Shown one piece after another: positions 25,891-30,318 of a DNA stretch of 30,318 nucleotides. The stretch is from Deltaproteobacteria bacterium (GTDB lineage: Bacteria > Desulfobacterota > Desulfuromonadia > Geobacterales > Pseudopelobacteraceae), in assembly GCA_030654645.1 (NCBI GenBank), contig JAURXC010000378.1, positions 1 through 30,318 on the forward strand, given 5' to 3'. Made by a program: the position numbers and the translations under genes. A model generated the notes under the pieces. It worked only from the letters and a program-made list of their open reading frames with translations. It was not told the DNA's origin and made no database searches. Position 1 is the first letter of the stretch. Each line of letters starts with the position of its first letter.

Positions 25891-26826
25891 TCCGGCGCTC
25901 CGAATACCCCGGATGAACCGGCCGACAGCGGCGAAATAGGCCTCCAGGTTGGCAGGCAGGATCGTGTTGTGGTCGCCCCGTTCAAAGACCAGCAGCCGTT
26001 TCGGCTCGTTGGCCCAGGCATGCAGGCGTTCGGCATGAGAAACCGACACCAGGTCGTCGTTGCGGGTATGCATGATCAGCACACGCCCCGTGAATGAGGC
26101 GATTTTTTCCTGCTGGTCGAAGCAGCGCTGCACAGAAGCCCGCAACTCTTCGGTAGTCGCACCGACCTCGCGGGGCTCGATCCGGACCAGGATCCTTTCC
26201 AGCGGATCGGCCAGACCGCTCTCGATAATCAGACCGGCTGCCCGGGGATAGCGGGCGGCGCCGTGCAGGGCGTACAGCGAACCGAGGGAGCGGCCGAAGA
26301 AAATAAGCTGCTCCTCCGGCACACCGCTGGCGGCCACGATCAGCTCCACATCCTCCAGCATGGCGGCCAGCGCCGGCACACCGCTGGACATGCCGTAGCC
26401 GCGGTACTCGGCCAGCAGCAGATTGGCCCCCAGTCCGGTGATCCGCTCCTCGAACTCCCCCAGGTAGTCGGCCACGCTTTCGCCATTGCCGTGGAAATGG
26501 ATAATGGTCGGGGCACCGTCATGCACACGGCAGTAGCGGCAGCCGAGCCGGAAACCGTTGCCCTCCACGAAGAACGGCTCTTCGAAGCGGTTCGGCCAGG
26601 GATAGAAATAGCGGCCGGAAAGTACCGGGTGGTCAAGAAACTGATCGCTCATGTCCAGGGAAGCTGTCATAACCTCTTCGTCCTCCTGCACCGTAATCCA
26701 GTAAGTCTGCTTGTGGAGGGAGCGGCTCAGCCCGGCCAGTCGCCCTTCCGCAGCGCTCAGTTCCGGATAGCTGCCTACCGGAAAGCGGTTGCCGTTATCA
26801 TCCTGGCGCCAGAGTTCATACCTCAT
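25885..26826 (-). CDS. Alpha/beta hydrolase, in frame with an upstream 52-aa small domain
   Basis: IIHFHGNGE, EYRGYG, FGRSLG nucleophile elbow, HTRNDDLV, GDHN. Internal RBS GAGG precedes ATG 26670. Confidence 0.88.
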   Translation of the reverse strand: MRYELWRQDDNGNRFPVGSYPELSAAEGRLAGLSRSLHKQTYWITVQEDEEVMTASLDMSDQFLDHPVLSGRYFYPWPNRFEEPFFVEGNGFRLGCRYCRVHDGAPTIIHFHGNGESVADYLGEFEERITGLGANLLLAEYRGYGMSSGVPALAAMLEDVELIVAASGVPEEQLIFFGRSLGSLYALHGAARYPRAAGLIIESGLADPLERILVRIEPREVGATTEELRASVQRCFDQQEKIASFTGRVLIMHTRNDDLVSVSHAERLHAWANEPKRLLVFERGDHNTILPANLEAYFAAVGRFIRGIRSAGC

Positions 26827-26829
26827 CTC

Positions 26830-27222
26830 TTACCGACCCAAGATGACGAAGCTGCCGCCTCGCAGCTTCTGCTCCAGCCATCTGCCAAGCCGGAGCTTCA
26901 ACAGCCTGCGGCTGGCAGGGATCAGAAAAAACAGGCCGATGAAATCTGTGAAGAACCCGGGGGTAAGGAGCAGAATCCCCCCAGCCAGGATGAACGCGCC
27001 GTCGAGAATATGTGCGGCCGGAAGACGCCCGGCAGCCAGTTCCTGCTGTATCGCAACAATGACACTGAACCCCTGTGATCTGGCCAGCCAGGCGCCAGCC
27101 ATGGAAATGGCGACCAGCATCGCCACAGTCGGCAGTGCACCGATCACCCGGCCGATCTTGATCAACAGCCAGACCTCGATGATTGGAACAATGGTAAAAA
27201 CCAGGAAGAGCCGAAGAAACAT
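26830..27222 (-). CDS. fxsA: FxsA family membrane protein
   Basis: VPIIEVWLLIKIG, ARSQG, GGILLLTPGFFTDFIGL motifs. Confidence 0.9.
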   Translation of the reverse strand: MFLRLFLVFTIVPIIEVWLLIKIGRVIGALPTVAMLVAISMAGAWLARSQGFSVIVAIQQELAAGRLPAAHILDGAFILAGGILLLTPGFFTDFIGLFFLIPASRRLLKLRLGRWLEQKLRGGSFVILGR

Positions 27223-27305
27223 GGAAATCATCCTTTGCAACTTCTATGGGGAATTCGAAAAAGAAGGGCGTGTGCGGATTGACAAAATAGCGGTTCTCTT
27301 CCGTG

Positions 27306-27433
27306 CGGACAGCGAGATCACAGCGGCTTGCCTCGACGACGGGGGCGGCGCCGGTTCAGCAGCAGCCGCTGCTGCAGCTCTTCGTCATAAAACGAGAGCG
27401 TCTTCTCCAGCAGAGCTGCAAGTTCTGTCAACA
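27306..27433. repeat. 128-bp direct repeat (other copy 25763-25890), 110/128 identical
   Basis: Ungapped base-by-base comparison. Confidence 0.93.
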
Positions 27434-27647
27434 GAGGGTAGCGCGGGTTGAAGGTGTACAGACGGGTGCGTCCCGCCAGTCGGCTCGCCAGGACGCCGCC
27501 CGCTTCCAGTTTGTCCAGCTGCTTCTGGATCGGCGCCAGCGAACTGTTGTAGAAGGTGGCAATCTCACGCGCATACCCCTCTCCTCTGGCATTCAGGAAG
27601 GTAAGGACCCGCTCGCAGTTGATGGAACCGACAAGTGCTTCGATCAT
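27318..27647 (-). CDS. Winged helix-turn-helix DNA-binding protein (probable orphan antitoxin/regulator)
   Basis: EGYAREIATFYNSSLAPIQKQLDKLEAGGVLASRLAGRTRLYTFNPRYP; basic tail RRRPRRRGKPL. Confidence 0.8.
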   Translation of the reverse strand: MIEALVGSINCERVLTFLNARGEGYAREIATFYNSSLAPIQKQLDKLEAGGVLASRLAGRTRLYTFNPRYPLLTELAALLEKTLSFYDEELQQRLLLNRRRPRRRGKPL

Positions 27648-27672
27648 GATTTTGATCCGCAATACTTTATTG

Positions 27673-27700
27673 TAGGTCACATGACCTATATTATAAGTCA
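27673..27700. promoter_or_regulatory. Overlapping palindromes over a TATAAT box upstream of the wHTH gene
   Basis: TAGGTCA-ca-TGACCTA (27673-88) and TGACCTATATTATAAGTCA (27682-700); minus-strand TATAAT at 27690-95. Confidence 0.55.
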
Positions 27701-27881
27701 GTATATCAGTGAGTAGCGGTTGTCAAGGAGAGAGTGGGCTGACTTATGATAACCGCCATTCTTTGCGATGTTCGGAACGTCTGGGTGGGCGTTGCTTGCT
27801 ATGTTGCTAATTGTGGCAATAGAAAAATAACAAGCAACGTTACGCCTTCCTACGCGATATCAGTCGCTTATATGGTGTAAA

Positions 27882-28172
27882 TCAACCAACAAACAACGTC
27901 CCGTTTTCGTAGTAAAGATTATAGAATTGCGTCAGGTATTCTTTGCCATCGGCGGCAGTATGTGCATATTTTGCACGAACTGAATCTTCCTCCAGTTCCC
28001 CCTCTTTGAATACATTGCGCAGATGCTTGGTGATTACTGAACGCTCCCTGCCGAACAGTTCCGCCATCTGATCCTGGGTCAGCCAGACGGTTTCATGGTC
28101 AAGGCGAACTTCAAGGGTAGCCGCCCCATCAGAACTTTGATAAATGATTATTGCGTTATCTGTTGTGGTCAT
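27882..28172 (-). pseudogene. Truncated RhuM-family protein (N-terminal about 86 aa only)
   Basis: IIIYQ..DG...EV....ETVWLTQDQMAELF...VITKHLRNVF..GEL aligns with the intact RhuM at 28953-29975; homology stops after FYNL. Confidence 0.85.
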
Positions 28173-28410
28173 GCGTGTACCTCTTGGAATCCGGCCATGC
28201 TGCTGGTTTGGCCAATGTGGATGATCCGCCGCCAGTAGAGGTTGAAGAGTTAGTTCAGCTCCACCAGATAAATGTTTTCAGGCTTCATAATTCATTCTTC
28301 ATAATTGCATTCTTGTGCGGAGCCTTGCGTTTGGTGGCGTTGCTCCCCATCGCGCCGGGGGCGCGGTTGAGGGAGGCGAAGTGCTTTATGTAATTTGTGA
28401 AATTGATCAT
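28170..28410 (-). pseudogene. Degenerate 5' relic of a putative HNH restriction-endonuclease gene
   Basis: MINFTNYIKHFASLNRAPGA...TKRKAPHK, then after a frame break LVELN*LFNLYWRRIIHIGQTSS. Family assignment is from recall of APHKP-type N-termini and is unverified. Confidence 0.5.
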
Positions 28411-28420
28411 TGATTCTTCC
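28301..28420. repeat. 120-bp direct repeat (other copy 30199-30318, reaching the window end), 105/120 identical
   Basis: Ungapped base-by-base comparison. Confidence 0.93.
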
Positions 28421-28529
28421 AACTGGCTTTCAATATCAGGGCAGTTTCAACTTGGCATCTTGGAAGCCAGGCCCGATCCCAGGCCCTGCCCCAAATGTCC
28501 AGAAGTCAATCATGACCCCGCAGGTTTCC

Positions 28530-28844
28530 CTATGCCGCCTTCAGCATCTGCACCTTCTCCAAAACTTTTTGATAACGCCGCTCTGCATGCCACAGATCAA
28601 ACGCATTCTGGGCGTTCAGCCAGAACGCCGAAGAATTGCCGAACAGTCGCGAAAGACGCAACGCCATGACCGGGCTGACGGCACGACGGCATTGCAGCAG
28701 TTCGTTGGCCGTCTGCCGCGACACCCCCAGCGCCGCAGCCAGTGACGTAACAGTAAGACCGTAGTCCGGCATGAAATCCTCGCGCAACATCTCCCCCGGA
28801 TGGGTAGGGGAAACGGTTCTTTTATCGCTGTTTGATATACTCAT
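28530..28844 (-). CDS. higA: HigA family antitoxin
   Basis: PTHPGEMLREDFM, LAAALGVSRQTANELL, MALRLSRLFGNSSAFWLNAQ. Confidence 0.93.
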   Translation of the reverse strand: MSISNSDKRTVSPTHPGEMLREDFMPDYGLTVTSLAAALGVSRQTANELLQCRRAVSPVMALRLSRLFGNSSAFWLNAQNAFDLWHAERRYQKVLEKVQMLKAA

Positions 28845-28856
28845 CTTGTCACCTTG

Positions 28857-28946
28857 TTAATGATAGTCGGTTATCTCCACGTCATAGGCATCGCCGTCTG
28901 CAAAAACAAAACAGATACGCCATTGGTCGTTGATCGAGATCGAGTG
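28857..28946 (-). pseudogene. higB: 3' remnant of higB toxin
   Basis: HSISINDQWRICFVFADGDAYDVEITDYH*, the HigB C-terminal signature, lies immediately upstream of higA with no start codon. Confidence 0.88.
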
Positions 28947-28952
28947 CGCTGG

Positions 28953-29975
28953 TCATGGTTTCTTTTGCTCCAACAATCGTTTCTCCAGCTCTTCCAGAGC
29001 TTGCAGATCCTCTTTATCAGCGGCCAAGGCTTCTTCGGTTTTGCGCTTTTGGTCAAATTTTTCATACCGCTGTTCGGCGATTTCCTTGACCACCTCGGCC
29101 TTTACTTTTCCGGCATGGGTCAAGATCTCATGCTCATTGAACGACAGAAAGGCGTCGAGTTTTTCCGACCACTGTTCCATGGTGACGGTCTTGCGTTGTC
29201 GGGCCTGCCGTTCAGCATAATCCAGATACATGGTGACAATCTCGTTAAGGTCTTTAATCTCATCGGCCTGCAGATAGTTCTTGGCAGTGGCCACATCCGG
29301 CTTGCGGACAATGGAACCCTGCCAAGAGGTCAGCCCCATGTTGGGTAGCTCCGTATTACTGCGCGATTCGATCAATTCTGCGGCGGTCTTGCCGCTAATG
29401 GCCCAGAGCATTTTGTTCTGGACCTTCTTGAAAAACAACTGGGCCAGCTCGGAGCTTTTGTCATAATCGATGGCGGTGGTATAGATATCGCGGATTTTCT
29501 GGTAAAAACGCTTTTCTGATGCCCGGATATCCCGGATGCGGGCCAACCACTCGTCAAAATAGTCCCAGGTATCGGCTTTTTTCAGCCGTTCATCATCCAT
29601 GGCAAAGCCTTTGATGATGTATTCTTTCAAGATGCTGGTAGCCCAGATGCGAAACTGGGTGGCACGCTTGGAGTTGACCCGATAGCCTACGGCGATGATG
29701 GCGTCGAGATTGTAATACTTGACCGTCCTGGTCTGCGTTTTACCCGGTATCGCACCGTGGACCGTGGTATGTTCCAAAATGGAACTTACCACATGCTCAT
29801 CCAGCTCAGCGCTGTCAAAAATATTTTTCAGGTGTTTGGTGATTGCCGGGCGTTGCACACCAAAAAGTTCAGCCATTTTCTCCTGGGTCAGCCAGATGGT
29901 TTCATTCTGCAAGACGGTGTCAACTTTAATGTCACCGTCGGGAGTGGTGTAGAGGATGATTTGGGATTCGGTCAT
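28953..29975 (-). CDS. RhuM family (virulence RhuM-like) protein
   Basis: YNLDAIIAVGYRVNSKRATQFRIWAT..LKEYIIKGFAMDDERLK, RIRDIRASEKRFYQKIRDIY, AKNYL motifs. Confidence 0.92.
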   Translation of the reverse strand: MTESQIILYTTPDGDIKVDTVLQNETIWLTQEKMAELFGVQRPAITKHLKNIFDSAELDEHVVSSILEHTTVHGAIPGKTQTRTVKYYNLDAIIAVGYRVNSKRATQFRIWATSILKEYIIKGFAMDDERLKKADTWDYFDEWLARIRDIRASEKRFYQKIRDIYTTAIDYDKSSELAQLFFKKVQNKMLWAISGKTAAELIESRSNTELPNMGLTSWQGSIVRKPDVATAKNYLQADEIKDLNEIVTMYLDYAERQARQRKTVTMEQWSEKLDAFLSFNEHEILTHAGKVKAEVVKEIAEQRYEKFDQKRKTEEALAADKEDLQALEELEKRLLEQKKP

Positions 29976-29991
29976 GCTGCACATCCTTTGA

Positions 29992-30090
29992 TTAGAATGG
30001 GTCGGTCGAGATCAGACCAGCCACGGCGGCCCGCTCCAGTTCCAATTCCTTCTGCACGGAGCTTATGAAGATTCGCTTTTTTGTGTTCAT
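29992..30090 (-). pseudogene. 32-codon 5' stub of a DUF4062-domain gene
   Basis: MNTKKRIFISSVQKELELERAAV matches the xIFISSxxxELxxER start typical of DUF4062; stops at TAA 29992-94. Confidence 0.65.
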
Positions 30091-30198
30091 GCGGACTACC
30101 TCTGACCCTGCCCCCTACAGCACTTGGACAAAGGCAATTGTAAATTCAGTGAGTTATAGAGCGTTAGTCGGCAAATCAACAACGTCCCGCTGCCCCCT

Positions 30199-30308
30199 AT
30201 AATTGCATTCTTGTGCGGAGCCTTGCGTTTGATGTCCTCTGTTCAGGTCGCGCCGGGAGCGCGGTTAAGGGAGGCGAAGTGTTTGATGTAAATTGTGAAA
30301 TTGATCAT
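30199..30308 (-). pseudogene. Second 5' relic of the putative HNH endonuclease gene
   Basis: MINFTIYIKHFASLNRAPGAT*TEDIKRKAPHK with an in-frame TGA; diverges from copy 1 shortly after APHK. Confidence 0.55.
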
Positions 30309-30318
30309 TGATTCTTCC

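Noticed and set aside
1-30318. CRISPR array, tRNA or rRNA genes
   Set aside because: No regularly spaced repeat-spacer units or structural RNA signatures were seen.

Overview
A 30.3 kb chromosomal window, most likely from a Geobacteraceae/Desulfuromonadales bacterium (inferred from a Geobacter-type GEMM-Ib riboswitch, a PEP-CTERM gene with a sigma54 promoter, and a c-type cytochrome fusion). Left part (1-18.1 kb), mostly intact genes: PBP1A (cut by the window edge), an MFS transporter, a translationally coupled TonB-dependent receptor / periplasmic binding protein / two hybrid kinase cluster, VTT, AIM24 and M48 genes, a PEP-CTERM protein carrying all three thioester-domain motifs, a cytochrome c/CopD-like/b5-like fusion, DoxX, VOC, an unannotated 53-aa Met/His-rich ORF, and a predicted 3',3'-cGAMP ON-riboswitch controlling a small secreted His/Lys-rich protein. 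Middle (18.1-21.3 kb): an AT-richer islet with a HigB/RelE-like toxin-HTH antitoxin pair, an unexplained 39-bp inverted repeat pair, and a complete IS110-family (IS1111-type) element whose 22-bp subterminal IRs, AG core, circle-junction promoter and 3' bridge/seek-RNA region can be read from the sequence. Then cmoA-cmoB and hypothetical genes. Right part (25.7-30.3 kb): a co-oriented array of truncated defence/TA gene pieces (wHTH with partner stubs, RhuM, HNH-nuclease starts, higB tail, DUF4062 start) whose junctions share short recurrent motifs. Family assignments come from motif recognition only; no database search was run.
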